A stretch of 64,000 nucleotides of DNA from Calcarisporiella thermophila CBS 279.70 (GCF_041956535.1 NW_027192201.1:98060-162059), one strand, 5' to 3'. Shown: positions 9,284 through 23,472, counted from the first letter of the stretch. The notes: generated by a model not told the origin, from the sequence alone. A program made the numbers and translations.

Positions 9284-10635
9284 TTATTCAGGATTAAAAA
9301 TAGAACCGCTCGCCTCTTCGTTCATGGCCATAGAGGGCGAATTCGCCAGCGGATGCTGTGTTATGGCAGAGTTGCTGGCATCACCATGCTGAGGCAAGCC
9401 ACACGCTTGGGGCGCACAGGCATTTGGGGGATAGTAAAAGTAGGCAGGCACGACTACAGGAGGAAGAGGGTATCCGCACTGGCACAGGAAGGGGAAGGGA
9501 GGACAGGGGTGGGTGGGATAAGGCTGCTGGTCTCCATACCAATATCCCGGAACTGTACCAACGGCTGCAGTTGGGGGGGGAGTTCCCCAGGCATATGCAT
9601 GATGAGCGGGTGGGAAGCACTGAGTACTCATATCAGGTCTAGAATTTACGCTCACGCTCTCCGTCAGCGAGGAGAGCGTAGACATGCTCAGAGTGCGGTG
9701 ACGGTGTTGTCTGGGGGCAGCAATGCTGGTCTCCAGCTTGAATTAAAAAAAATCGAGATCAAAGGAACCAGCACAATAATAGTAGGTTATTCACAAAGCA
9801 TTTACATCGATACCCTCTATTTTCAACTCTGTGTTCAAGGCGCGCTCCACCGACGCAACATTGGCAAAGGTAACGTACGCGTGCTTATAAATCCCTTCCA
9901 TTTCGTTATCCCTCTCAACTCTCATTTCCAGCACAGGCCCAAACTGTAGAAACACACTTCGGAGCCTCCGATCACTGACTGACATTGGAACATTGCGAAC
10001 GTGTATCCTGTTTTCGGGCGGGAATTTATTAAGGGCACGCATTATATCAACCTATTAGACCATAGACATGATGATATCTCTACTATGACTCTCGAAAATC
10101 GCTATTTGCCTGTGCCCCGTCCAAGACATGCTCTCTCTCCCGCAGCGCAGCATCACAAGCAGCTTGCAATGCGAATGTGACAAATGCAAACCGACGAGAA
10201 CGACCCCGGGGATTGTAGGCGATGTGGCAGTCGGTCACTCTACCGTACCTCGAAAAATAGCTTCTCAAGCTCTCTATAAATAAAAAAAATTATCACTAGC
10301 AAGTAAGCTCAATTGCGTCAAAGGGCTTAAAATCATGATGCCTTTGGTTGTTTTCGGGTGGAGGCCGCCTATAAATATTTTCCTACAAAGAATGCATATA
10401 TATAAGAACATGACAAGTCGATGCAAGAAATCGGAGAAAATCAAGTGAGTAATTATGGAGTGTTCCCCATTGCCTGGACGGAAGGGTAAAATAGGTATTT
10501 TCGCCCCTTTTCTTATTCTAATCTGACTATAATACATCAAGGATACCTGTTGTCATACACGTTAGCTTCCCTTGAAGAATCCGAATGTTCTTGTGAGTGA
10601 GAGGAAGAGAGGGTGAAACGGCGTCGAGAATTCAT
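9284..10635 (-). CDS. RNA-binding protein with two RRMs (Musashi/Hrp1/hnRNP A-like) and Pro/Tyr/Cys-rich tail
   Basis: KIFIGGL (RNP2), RSRRFAFVTF (RNP1), second RRM RIHVRNV...HAYVTF; five exons, two joined via GC-AG introns. Confidence 0.8.
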
Positions 10636-11365
10636 GTTGAGTTGAAAATAGAATAAAATGTATGCAGAAGCTTTTTCGCGGACAAGTGTAGAATTGCTTT
10701 CACAATTCGAGTCAATGATGTGATGAAGGAAAGGTGAGCATAGGAGAGAGTAGGGCAGATCAAGGACGAGGAAATTATTGAAAGTCAGCTTAATTAGTAG
10801 GAAACAGGTAATTCTTGTATTTTTATGCTGAGTTCAGAAAGGAGGTATGAAATTCGATTCGACCCAGGCATGAACCGTTGAAAGGACGACTACCATATCT
10901 ATAAAAAAAGCGGGCATATATGCATCTATTATCTATTCAGGGTGCGATCAATATAATATTTATGGAGCAATTTAATGCTGACATATATTTGCAATCGTTC
11001 CTATATCTATATGCGTTTGTAGGTAACCCATTGGCACCACTACGGCTGTCACTGCAGATATGACGTATAGTTGAGAAATGGGTCGTGGGCGCGCCAATGC
11101 TCTGGAGCAGCTCCATCCGATTCTTTATCATCGCCTACAACTTTCAGCAACTATCTTGTCTCGCCCGTGAAGTATTTGAAACGCTTAATAGTGTTGTGGA
11201 GAATAAATAAAATATTATTCGAAATATAATACAGTTTAATTCGATCCAGATATGACAACAGAAATATATGTAAAATACAGACACTCAGAAAAAGAGTCAA
11301 TACATAGAAATAGCTTACAGATAACCCTAAGATGATATCAGCCTGGACATCAATTACTAATGGGA

Positions 11366-13745
11366 TCATTCTTCGGTAGGCACATAACAAAATTGTATTT
11401 TTCCATAACATGGGTTCTCCTTCTCCTTCACCATCTGATCCGGCTGGTCTTTCTCCAGCTCTTCATTGGACGGTATTCCATTCTCCTCCTGGCCCGGAAT
11501 CGCTAGCCCCGCTTTGGACATGGCGGACTCCAAGTCCTTGTATAGTTTTTCGGACTGCGGGAGTTCGAGCATGCGGAATGTTCGCACCACCATCCATGCT
11601 CGCTCAAAGTAGTGCCAGATCCACGGTCGATCAAGCGGCGACTGAATGAAGAGGCGCATGTGCACCTTAAAGGCAACCACTAGGCAATCGATGAACTCCG
11701 GAACCTATGGGGCAGGGTGTGAGGCCACAAGGTAGGAAATCAAGGGATAAGGAGGGCAGGTTTCGTTTACCAAACAAAACTCCCGAAACTGAACCACAAG
11801 CGCCAGGATATTGATGATCACGTTCGCACACTCGATGCACACCCTGAATGAATGGTGCTTCTCTCGCGACCACTTCTCCCGGTGGGATATCTCATTCTTC
11901 TCCGTGGCCTGCAGGAATATCCCCGAGAAAAGCTGGATGTGCACCGCACGGTATCCGGTCTCATATTGGGCCACGTATCGTAAAATGTAGGGTGGAAAGC
12001 TGGGGGTGTTCAGAAGCTCCAAACGGAGCGTTGGCGGGCGATTTTTTTCGTGGATGGCGTTCCGTCGCAGGATGTCATTCAGAAAGTCACTTTCGGTGGG
12101 ATAGGAGGCACGCTGCTGGATGATTTCCATTAGTTGTTTTAGCCCTCGCAATGAATGAGTCTGGCAGCTTAAGCAGGCTGCAACCTCCTCTTTTTCGTGG
12201 GGGAACGGACGTGGCTCGTCCCCTGGAAGGAGATCATCCAGCTTCGTGAGCTTCATGGAGAAGATGGCCCTTGCATATTCCAGAGAACACACCGACCAGG
12301 CTGCACGACGGAATCGCTCCGCTTCAAACTCGTCGGCGGTATCGAGATAGTGGCTGGATTTGAGGGCATTGACCTGTTGTCGGGCCATGGTGAGAAGACT
12401 CGGTTGTTCTCCGTCAAAGAGCGAATAATAAAACAATAGATTATGGGCAACTATGGAGTAGACGGAGGGATCGTCGAAGGATTCTTCCTAAGAGGGGGAT
12501 GAATGGATGGGTTAATCCAAGCACTAGGATAAAGAGGGGGGGGGGGACGAGTGTATGTGTGGAAAAGATAAGAGTGCAGTGTGAGTCACCTACCAGCAAT
12601 TGCTTGGATTTTTTATAGGCATGGTCGGCTATGCCAAGAAGGTATTCTCTCCCAGCAATTTTATGCTGATAGTAGGCTAAAGGCAATCGAAGAGTAGAGC
12701 ACGAGATTAGTTATTACCAGCTTATTTTTTCCTCGGCAAAAGGATAAGTTGCTGGCAACCTACCGTGTTTTCCCATCCACGCGACAATCGACCACACAAG
12801 AAAGAGGGGAAGTTTGCCTTCCCGATACTGGTTCAGGAATTTCACGGTGTCGATTTCCTTGTACAGAAACGAGCAATCGAAGAACATCCGCATCAGTCTG
12901 TCCATCGTGGACTGGAGGGTGGGGCCCTGTGCTTCCGGGAGGAGCAGCCGTTGCTTTACAAAGCGCTTTGATTTCATCACGGAAAACAGGCCATAGTAGC
13001 GCGAGAAATTGATGCACCGGACTGTCTGAGGGGCAGAGCCCCTATGTTGGGTAGAGAGGAAGCGACCGTCGTTTGGGATTCTTGACGTGTGATTTGCCTG
13101 TCGACTCACAAAGTAGAGGAGGTCTGAAACGTTGCGCAAATCGGTTTGGATGGAAAATCCTTCGGGTGTGATAAAAATTCGCCAGTTCAGAGGCAGGATC
13201 AGACCCTGATGAGTAAGCACCTTCACTTTCTCTCTGGCGACGTAGCTTACAAGGCGCTTCTCTGCATCCCGCTTTTCCTCGGCAAAATGCTTCTCGAGCT
13301 GCTGCACTCGCGATCCCAGCTGATTGATCCGTTGCATAAACAAATGCATGAAATCGGCGCCATTCTTTGTCTCACGGTAGACGCACTCAGCCTTGGCTTT
13401 CTTGCAGCGGGCGCAAGTCGGCCATTCAAGGCTACAGCGTGACTAGTCAAGTGAGAGGCACTGAAGGGTCAGTCCATAGGCTACATCGAGCCGATTTCAA
13501 AAAGCTCTAACCTTGATTCCGTGACATCTCTCGCACGCTTTTATGGGGCATTTCACCTGAATGGTGATTGTGTTCTCGTCCATTCTAATGTCCTGCGCGG
13601 GATTAGAAAATGAAGCATCCTCAAACTGGGTGCCGTCCTGGGTGGCTGACTCTGGCTCGCGATGCAAATTGTCAGCGTGCGGCGGGGAGCGGGAAAGAGG
13701 AGGGGGGCGACGAGAACTATAGCCTTTGGATGGAGGGTCTAGCAT
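11366..13745 (-). CDS. Zn(II)2Cys6 fungal transcription factor
   Basis: Spliced ACERCHGIK|SRCSLEWPTCARCKKAKAECVY, a coiled coil, and a middle region with ERFRRAAW; multi-exon; start approximate. Confidence 0.85.
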
Positions 13746-14143
13746 CTGGTTTGAAATCCCATTTGACAGAAGACAAATTGGCAAAAATGGCTTTTGGTGC
13801 AGCCTGTTAAGAATAACGTTCACTCTCCAGAAACTCTCCCTCTGTTCTTCTTTAAAAACCTAACCTAAAAGCCGGATGCGGCCATCTCAGCAATTAACTA
13901 TTGTTCACTATATACTGTGTTCCAAAAAAGCTTTATTTCCATTTAGTGAGTAGGTGAAAAGCAAAAAAAAATTATATAAAAAGAAATTAAGCATTAAGGG
14001 TTCACCGACATTGATGGGCTTGTTCCTTGCGTTTCCTTAATTTTAGCTGATATAATTATTCCATTAATCCCTCCCTCCCCTAAGAGCTTTGTTTCTTCGC
14101 TCCCCCCCTCCTCCCCCCCCCCCTTTTACGTGTGTTTTCTAAA

Positions 14144-15460
14144 ATGACCAATTTCTCCATTATGGGCAGGCGAAAATCTCATATTTCGCTTCCCTTCATC
14201 CACGAATATCCGCACTCAGCTCCGCGCAGTTTCCGCACATCCGCAATAACTTCGCTAATCATACTGCTGCTTTTTGCCTCTATTCTCCTGAATGCATTCT
14301 ATATTGGCACTTGTCGCTTTGATGATCATCAACCCGAGCCGCTGCTCTTTAGCAAGGACCGGGATGCAGCGTCCAACAATGGGGCGAAGATCAATAGAGA
14401 AGTGGTGCCATTGAACAAGGGGGCTGGAGCGGATGGCGCTGTGAAAGAAGGGCCGAACATGGATGCCAGTCCAATGTCAGGTGAAGACACGATGGACCCA
14501 TCGGCGGCACAGGTGTCTCACCCGGACCTGCTCTCTGATCCCATACCAACCCCGCCATTTCCCCACCTGCGTGATCTTGTTATTGTTGCTGGGCATGCCG
14601 TTTACTCCGCACACCAATTTGATATAGATTCGATTCGGGCCGACCGCTCTTGGGTTTTGGAAGAGTTTCAGAAGGGAGGGCAAGTATCCACATTCCTAGA
14701 GCACATTAAGGCTGGCTCCAACCTGGCGGTGAAGAACGAGGAGGCTCTGCTCGTCTTTAGCGGGTAAATTCTGACTTTTGATGGAGATCTGACTTTGGAT
14801 GATAACTTAGCTTACCGCCTTGGTTGGTTTTAGTGGGCAAACTCGCAAACGGGCAGGAATGCGATCGGAAGCTCAATCCTACTACGAGATTGCTCATGCC
14901 CTTGGGTATCTTCCCAGCGAGCCTTCCAACCTCTCCGATACGCCCGCCTCACCCTTCTCGCGTGCAGCGACCGAGGAATATGCGCGCGACTCATACGAGA
15001 ATCTCCTCTTCTCACTGTGCCGCTTCTACGAGCTCACTGGCATGTTTCCGCGCTCCGTCACGATGGTCAGTTTCGACTTTAAACGACAGCGGTTTGTGGA
15101 TTTGCATCGGCGCGCCCTCCGCTTCCCGCTAGAGCGCTTCACCTATGTTGGGATCGATCCCGAGCGTGGGACGTTGGGCCGCGTCATGGGCGAGAAGGCG
15201 AACTCACTAGGGCCATTCCAGGAAGACTTGTATGGCTGCCATGGGCGTCTGCGCGAAAAGAAGCTCACTAGAAATCCATTCCGTCGAAGGTAGGAGAATA
15301 GAATACTCGATGCTTCCTAACTCTAATCTCTCCTTCCCTACTCCCTCCCCCACCCCGTAGTCATCCCTACCGGCACAGCTGTCCATCCCTAGTCTCTTTG
15401 ATGACCTGGTGTCCGGAAAACCAAGCCGAAGTGTTCCCCGGACCACTTCCATGGGATTGA
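14144..15460 (+). CDS. DUF218-like membrane-anchored protein (YOR238W-like)
   Basis: N-terminal TM; LVIVAGHAV, LLVFSG|GQTR, SEAQSY, EEYARDSYENLLFSLCRF, RNPFRR|HPY; three exons. Confidence 0.8.
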
Positions 15461-16139
15461 ATCAGAAATATTTAGACTGGATTCTTTTTCTCGTTCCCCC
15501 CCCCCACTTCTTCACCGTGTTTGCCGTTTGCCGGTTTCTCTATGTCTGCCGAGGACATGATTGGCGACTCGCCTGTGGATGATGGGTGAATTTACTGTGC
15601 TATATTATATTGGTATTGTAAAATAGAATGTTTTTCTCTCTCCATGTCCTTGTCATTTTTTTTCTTTCTTTCTTTCTTTCCTGGTTATGGGCGCTTCCAT
15701 CATTACATATACTTTGAGCTTCCGTCCTTCCCTTTGACTCAAAATATACAAAGATTTCCAGAAATTAGAAAAGAGAGGTTAGCCAAAAATGAAACTGAGG
15801 GCCTTTTTTGTCCATGGATTCAAGTCCACCTCTTCACCCTCCGCCGTCAAGTCGAAAAATTGGAGACGACCACCGACCTCTCACTGTCCCCCTAGAGTGG
15901 GGAAAAATCAGCGTAGAAGGAGGGAGGGGGAGTGGACATTTGGGGGATTGCCCGCCTGAGGCTTGGAGCTATGTCGATGATTTATTAAAGATAGAGAAGC
16001 ATAGATTAACGGGGAAGAACGAACAGAAAAAACGTGCCAGAGAAACGCCAATAAATAATATTAACTTAGAAGCATTAAGGTATTAAAGAGTAATAACAAC
16101 AATAATGAAGGAGCCACTACAGCGACAACGGATCCGGGG

Positions 16140-18075
16140 CTATTTATGTGTGATTGCGTTCCGCTCCGACTCCATGCGCCTATTCTGGCCTCGGTAGAAT
16201 TGGGCTACAACACTTGCGAAAAGGCCCGCGATTCCCAGGAAGAGCAGCCCACGCCACTGGTTGTTACGTGGCTCGCCGTCGGGATCGCCGAGCTTGTCCA
16301 TGACAACGAGGAAAATGATGGAGACCAGCTGGGATCCCATCCAAAGGGTTGCGCTGGAGGTTGCCTCGGAAACAGGGTAAGTGCCTACGGGGGGAAGATC
16401 GGTTAGCAATGTGGGCGCTTTGGCCTTGGAAGAGAGGATGAAGAGGTACATTCTACACCAAGCTCCAGACCCACTGGCAGCAGGGAAGTCAGCGCAATTC
16501 CGATCAAAGCACAGTGCACAATGATACCGGCAAGATTGTCCCGTTTCACTGAAAGAGGGCGCCAATGGTTAGTCCAATTCGATAGCTAAGGGGGGGGGGG
16601 GGGAGGGGGATGCAAGCAGAAGGGAGAGCGAACATCGACCTACCTGACACAATGAGCAGCAGCACCAGCACGCCGGTGATCGGGGTGGCCAAGCGAAACA
16701 CCAGCTTGTGGCGCTTGGTGCGATCCACAATCATGCTAGTGACCAAGGCTCCAACGAGCCCCACGATGATGAGCACAATCATGGCGATGCCCGCCTCTGT
16801 TTCGGAGTAGCCATAGGGGGTCATGGCAAGATTAAAGAGGGCGGAGAGGGCGGAGAAGATGCCGACAAAGAAGGCGAAGACCAGAGCTAGAATCCAGAAG
16901 TTGCGGTTGCGCAATACGTTGCGAAGCCCGGTCATGTAGGGATCGTGGGGGACCTGGGCGGAGACGGAGGGAGGAGTGGGGGGTTTGGCGGGGACGAAGA
17001 AAGCGGGGATCGCGAACACCGTGGCTATGACGGCCAGAGCAACGAGCTTACCACCACGCATCGTGAAGTGGGTTAGTAAAGAGAGAGAGGGGAGAGGAGG
17101 GGGGAGGCAAAGGACTTACCGCATGGGGAAAAGTATCCACTTCGGTGGCAATAAGGGGGACAATTAGATTTGCCACCGCCACGCCGACCATATTTCCTAA
17201 AGAAATGAGAAAACTCCACATTAGTCTTCCAATTGCCTATGAACAGACTACAGATTCCAGTGGAGAGGCTTGGGCAGTACCGATGGATCCGATGAGGGTT
17301 GCCGTGGCCCTTCCTCTTTCTGAGAACCAGGTGTTGGAATAGAGCGCCGGCACGTCTAGGAAGAAGGGCTGTCCAGCGGCAGCAACAACTTGTCCAAACA
17401 TGGCCACGCTGTAAGCGGTCGAACGATCGCCAGAAAAGCTGCCGAAATACCGGATCCATGCTCCTACTGCGTTCAACACAGCACCAATGATCAGCTAGCG
17501 TTAATGAGAGAGAGGGAGAGATCATTAGGCAAAGTTATCAACGCAATTCGTATAGAAAGAGGGGGTCAGACAAAGGAGGAAGGAAGCATACCCCGTATTT
17601 GATGCCGAATCGCCTGAAAATATACGCAGAGGGCCAGGCGATGAAGATGAACACTATCATGTAGACCATTGCAAATATTGTAAGCATGGTGTCGTCTGCG
17701 CCGTAGTAGGCCTTCGTTGTTAGTGGAACGGAGCTGAATGTGACCCAGTTCATGTTGTTGGATAAGTTCACTAAAGGGAAGCAAACACAGAGAGAGAATG
17801 AAAGATCAATGGCCGGTCTCATTCAGGAGCCTGTCAAAATCTCAGAATCAATGCGCAGAGAGCATACGTAAGAAGATGAGAGCAAGGCCGAAAAATCGGA
17901 TGGGGTAGACGCGGTAGTGTGTAGTGTCCTGCACTTCAGCGAGCTTCTCCATGCTCTCTTTGACATGCACGCCCGCGCCATTATCGCGGCCATCGGCCGG
18001 CGCGGAGTTGTGGGCAGACATGGGGATGTGGGAGGGGGCGTCTGCGGAGGGATTGGTTGGCGAAGGATCGGTCAT
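16140..18075 (-). CDS. MFS transporter (SLC49/FLVCR/MFSD7-like)
   Basis: YRVYPIRF, GQVVAAAGQPF, WFSERGRATA, KPPTPPS and TYPVSEATS; multiple TM segments over about seven exons. Confidence 0.88.
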
Positions 18076-19223
18076 GATGGTATTTCTCGGCGCGGAGAAA
18101 TGGAGGCAGGAGCAAAAGAGCAGGAGGATGGAGAGGAGATGCCGGATGGCAAGTCTTGGGATCTTTTTTAAGCGAGCTCACCACGTCCGCAAATTGTACA
18201 AATCGGGGCGCTCTTTGAAAATGAGAACGCGCCACCAGCGTGCCAGGGGATTAGGGTTGGCGAATGGAGATGACAAACCACAAACAAGCGGTTGTCATCT
18301 GTGGAAGCGTGATACGAGAGAGAGCAGGCAGGAAGCTAAAAGCATCTCCCTTGTCTCCTCTGCGTCACAGTGCCGTTTCAGATGTATTAACCCGTCTGTC
18401 AACCCTGGCCGGCTTCTCCCGGCTCTGCCTGACCGCCGCTCGCGCTCTCTTGCGCTGCGCGCCTTGGCCCGCCCACCGCTTTCCCCCCCCTCCCGATCGG
18501 CTACAGGCCTCCGCCCGCCCCGGCTCAGTGCGGGGAAGAGCCAAGACCGGCGGCGGGGAAGGGGAAAGATCTCAATTTAGGTACGAGAGCGGGGAAACCT
18601 TGGATTAAGGTTGATGATAGCTGCTTACTACGCGTTTTTCCTACGCTAAGCTCATCTGCGCACGCCCTCGCTTGCGCTCGCGCGGCTCCTCCATAGGCGA
18701 CGGGTAAGGCGCTGCGCGGCCTCCCTTGCCCTCGAGTCTAACTCATGCCGATGCGCCCGCTCTGGTCGCCGTTCAAGCTCCTTCCCGATCCCTAGCTTTT
18801 GGCCCGCAAATGCAGGGATCGGCCCATTCCTTTTCGGGCGTGTGTTTCACAAACACCTTGGGGCGGAGCTGCAACCCTCCCGAACACACTTGGTCTGTGT
18901 AGTTTAGAGGAGAGAGGGGCCGCTTCCAAACCAGTGCAATAGACTGCGGCAGCATATGGTTGGGAATAAGGATTAGTCAGTCCATAAACAGCGATTGGAT
19001 TAATTAGCGACTTAGATAGCTTTAATAAATCGTCGGGGATAATACAGAATATTGGATAGCGGAGTGTATCGGCTGCGTACACACAAGTCTTCCGCAGCTA
19101 AATCCGAATAACAATACAAGAAACTAGGGAAATGAATGGGGAGCGGCCGGCCCTGGCCGTCTCCGGGCGCTGGCCCACAGAGCTCCAGCCCGTCGCAGCC
19201 CGCCGTGGCGATGGCCAAAGGTC

Positions 19224-20924
19224 TTAATTTCGGAGTTTGCTCCCGCGGCGCGAGGATGTTTCTGGGAGGCTTGCGTCTACGACAATACGCCATACCTCGT
19301 TGGAGGCATCCGACGTGACGAAGAGGTGGCCCTTGCGGTTGAACACCGCGCTCACGGGCCGCACGCAGCCCGCAGCGAACCCGCATCCGCCGGCGTTCTC
19401 CTCGCCCCACACATCGAGCACCTCTCCCGTGGGCTTCCCGTCTTTAAACGGGATTCGGACCACCTTGTATCCCCTACAAATGAAAAGAAGGCGAGGCCAT
19501 AGGAAAGGGGGTTAGCGTTGGTTTCGAAATAAGAGGTGGGAAAAGGCTCATCTCTTGACATTACGCTGGAGGATTGCGGTTCCAACTATAAAAAAGAAAC
19601 ACATGCTTCTCGATTAGAGTGACCGCGAGCACGCAAGCCGGATGCGCGGAATCTTACCTCCCGTGGAAAGTCACAAACGCGTCGCCCTTGAGTGAACAGC
19701 TGAACGCCTGCGGCCCCTCACACCCATCCCCACGGTAAAACACGATATCGAGCGGCGCCACGTGCGCCGGCATCGCCAAAGCAGGTGGATAGTTGTTGGT
19801 CGAGTTCCGGCACCAGGCGTCTGTGTGCACGCCGTCGTTGAGGAATTCGGGCCATGCCCACTGAGCTCCCTTTCCTTTGCCTGTCCCGAACTTGGAGAGA
19901 TCGTACTCGGTCCAACAATAGGGATAGCCGTAAAACGCACCAGGCTGATCGAGCAGGTTCAGCTACATAAATGGAGAGAATGGGAGGAGGATGTGCGAGT
20001 GAGTAAGAGAGAGAGAGAGAGAGAGAGAGAAGAGAGGGAAGATGAGGGCGTGCTACCTCTTCCGCTGGGTTATCTAGTCGAGGAAGAATGGGACCGGAAT
20101 GGAAAACGGGTCAGCAGAAAGCCAGTTCTGGAATAGAATAGCGGCCCTTACCGTTGTGAATATCGCCTCCGAGATCCGATCGTCGGAGGTTATCGAACGA
20201 GTTCTCTACTCCCCATAGCCTCCCCTCGAGATCTCGCGCAATCCCTACCTCATTTCGTAGGCCGTCCCCCCAAATTTGGCCTCGTCGGTAGTCATATCCG
20301 CCTTGAGGGAGGGTGCCATTCAGAGGGAACGCGCGGATTTGGGCACGGTAGGGGTTCTTGGGCTTGTCCACATTCCTGTTACTCCCCACACTCACCAAGA
20401 GCAGCTGGCGGGCTTCATCGATGAAGAGAGTGCGAGTATAGTGCCCTCCCGTTTCCATACTGGTCACCATGACCTCTGCGGGACCCGTGGTCTGTGAGCG
20501 CTGTCCAGCCTTGTATGGCCACCGCCACACCGTGGTCTGGCTTGAGGCATAGCTGCAGGATGAAGAGGGGAGAAAGTTCCAATATGAGAATCCTGGGGAA
20601 AGAGCGGGAGAATCCATCTGCCTACACATATCCATTCAAATACGCAATCCCATGGGTCAGTTGCGCTCCAGAGGGAAGATTGGACGCCCCGACAATCGTC
20701 ACCGATTGCGCGACGCCATTCTGGTTGGAAAAGAGGGCCACGATTTCATTACTGCTCCGAGCAACCACGAGCAAATCATCGGCGGTGTCGAGCACCATTC
20801 CACGGGGTTCGCTCACATTGGCATAGAGAATGCCTCGGTAGGGATGTTGCGTGGAGAGATTTTTGACAGCCGAGACTGCACTAATCATGGCAGCAGAGAA
20901 TAGCAAGAGGGAAATTATTAACAT
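19224..20924 (-). CDS. Secreted PQQ-dependent sugar dehydrogenase (AA12-like beta-propeller), copy 1
   Basis: Signal peptide; GGHYTRTL, GLRNEVG, DNPAEE, FYGYPYCW, AHVAPLD, FHG|SWN and CVRPV; ends ...RRGSKLRN with no hydrophobic tail. Confidence 0.85.
20006..20030. repeat. (AG)n microsatellite in intron
   Basis: About 12 uninterrupted AG units. Confidence 0.9.
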
Positions 20925-21681
20925 TGTGGAAGGAACGGGTAGACCGGCTCTAGAGAAATAAGGGTCGCAGGGTCATGGGAGAAAAAAAAAAAAGGCCAGC
21001 TAAGTTGTGTATTTTAAACATTCTTGTTTTCATACCCCATTCTGATTCATCGACAAAATAAAAAAAAAAATTATGCAAGGGTATAGAGAGTATACCATAT
21101 TAACAGTTAATCAAGAAAAGATAGAGCGACATGATTAGATAATGGTAATATAAAATCATAGCTGATTAGCCAACCACGAATCTTTTCTTTTTTCTCTCTC
21201 TTTGGCCTTCTTGTATTGGGAAAGCGCGTGTGTTCCTTAACTCTGTTCCTCCCCATACGCTCTACTGAATAGGCTTCCACAGTACAGCGATTCGGAATTC
21301 TTTCGTTTCTGAAGAAAGCTTGTCATACTACCCATGACAAAACTCATCAGAAACTTCTCTGAGAGGTTGGCGTTCGTTTTCTATTTTCCATCGGGCTGTG
21401 TCCATTTCAGAACTCGTGGCCACGGATAAGAGAGCCACACTTGAAACTGCTTTTATATAATCTCTAGGGACAAAAAGAGAAAAATGAAGGGGGTAGGACG
21501 TGATTCCCAAATAGGGATGCAAAGCCACTAGCTGGGGAACGATTGGATAGGCACAAATACAATAGATAATAAAGGGTCACGAAATAAGTGAAATATCAAC
21601 TAGAATAAATAAGATACAGAGCTTCTGTAAAATCGACTGATAAGGGCAATGTAACGTGTGGGGTAAAAACGGATCCGAGGA

Positions 21682-23472
21682 CTAGAGCATCTCAATAGCC
21701 GCCAACACTAGCCCCGAAAGGACTCCAACGGCAGCCGTTGCGCACGTTCTGGCTTGACCAGAGGAGGCGGCTTTCCCTGAGCGAACGGAAGGGTCGGGCA
21801 GGCTCGCATCCACAACAATCCGCCAAACCTCATTCGAGTCATCCGAGGTTACAAACAAGTGGCCTTTACGGTTAAAAACCGCGCTCACTGGACGGACACA
21901 TTTCGCGGAGCTGTTGCATTCTTCCGGGTTCGATTCTCCCCACACATCAAGCACTTCTCCCGTAGGCTTCCCGTCCTTGAAGGGGATTCGGACCACTTTA
22001 TATCCACTATAATAAAATTATTATAGAAAAGGGGAGGAAGACGGGGGGAGGGGTGAGGGAAGTTCAGGCCGTGAGTAATTTCAATGTGCATATTTCGGAA
22101 TATCCATGACATTACGCTGGTGGATTTCGGTTCCAACTACAAGACCAAAGGCATCAGTATGAGCGTTTTTTAAGGGACGCGTCAAGGTCGCATAAAATTG
22201 TTACCTTCCATGGAAAGTCACGAAAGCGTCTCCCTTGAGAGAGCAACTGAAGGCGCGGGCGCCATCACAGCCCTCTCCACGATAAAATACAATATCAAGA
22301 GGGGCCACGTGCGCCTGCATTGACAGAGCCGGCAAGCGGTTATTGGTCGTATTTTGACACCAACTGTCGGTATGTATGCCATCCTCCATGAACTCTGGCC
22401 ATGCCCACTGGGTGCTTTTTCCCTTTCCCGTGTTAAATCTGGTGAGATCATATTCGCTCCAGCAGTAGGGATAGCCGTAGAAAGCACCAGGATCCTCGAG
22501 GCTATTTAGCTTTGGCATGCCAAAGAGGAAAAGAGGCAATGTCAGTCCCTCAGAATACTATATAGCTACACGTAGGGGGCGGATACAATACCTCCTCGGC
22601 TGGATTGTCTATTTGAAGAGGGCGAAATGGGTTAGCGCAAGACAAAGCATAAGAAAAATAAACCAGGCAGTAAGGACCCACCGTTGTGAATGTCGCCTCC
22701 AAGATCTGGGCGAGCCAGCTCATCGCTCCCGTTTTCGATGCCCCAGAGTTTACCCTCAAGATCCCGCGCAAGTCCCACTTCGTTTCGAAGGCCATCGCCC
22801 CATATTTGCCCTTGGCGGTAATCATATCCGCCTTGGGGAAGTGTGCTGTTCAGCGGGAACACGCGGATTTGGGCTCGATAGGGGTTTTTCGGTTTATCAA
22901 TATTCTTAGCACTGCCCACGCTGACAAACAATACCTGACGGTTTTCGTCAACGTGGAGAGTACGCGTGCTGTGTCCACCTGACTCCATGCTGTTAACAAC
23001 GACTTCAGCAGCGCTGGTGGTCGCGGATCGCTGTCCGGCTTTGTAAGCCCATCTCCATACCGTTGTTTGGCTTGAAGCATAGCTGTAAAATGAAAGGAAA
23101 ATGGGAATGTGGATTTTTCAGGGATCAAGCAATCTGCATATGTGCCTACATATATCCGTTGGAATAGGCAATTCCATGGGTCAATTTCGCTCCGGATGGG
23201 AGATTCGAAGTCCCAATGACCGTAACAGATTGGGCAACCCCATCCTGGGAATCATCCTGGGAATACAGAGCCACAATCTCATTATTACCTCGAGACACCA
23301 CGAGTAGATCATCGGTGGAATCCGTGGTTATTCCACGAGGGTCTTTCAAGCTGGCATACACCACGCCGCGGTAAGGTTGATCTGGAGAGAGATTTTTGGC
23401 GACCGTGGCCGCATTAGCGACCGCGGCAAAACATAAAAGAAGGACATACATTAACATGGTGTGGGGCATCAT
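21682..23472 (-). CDS. PQQ-dependent sugar dehydrogenase (AA12-like), copy 2, probable GPI anchor
   Basis: Same motifs and intron positions as copy 1; C-terminus ...AASSGQARTCATAAVGVLSGLVLAAIEML. Confidence 0.85.

Noticed and set aside
17924-18770. 218-aa ORF and GC-rich tract upstream of the MFS gene
   Set aside because: Low-complexity Arg/Pro/Ser translation with no domain or clear fold-back; probably GC-rich promoter DNA.
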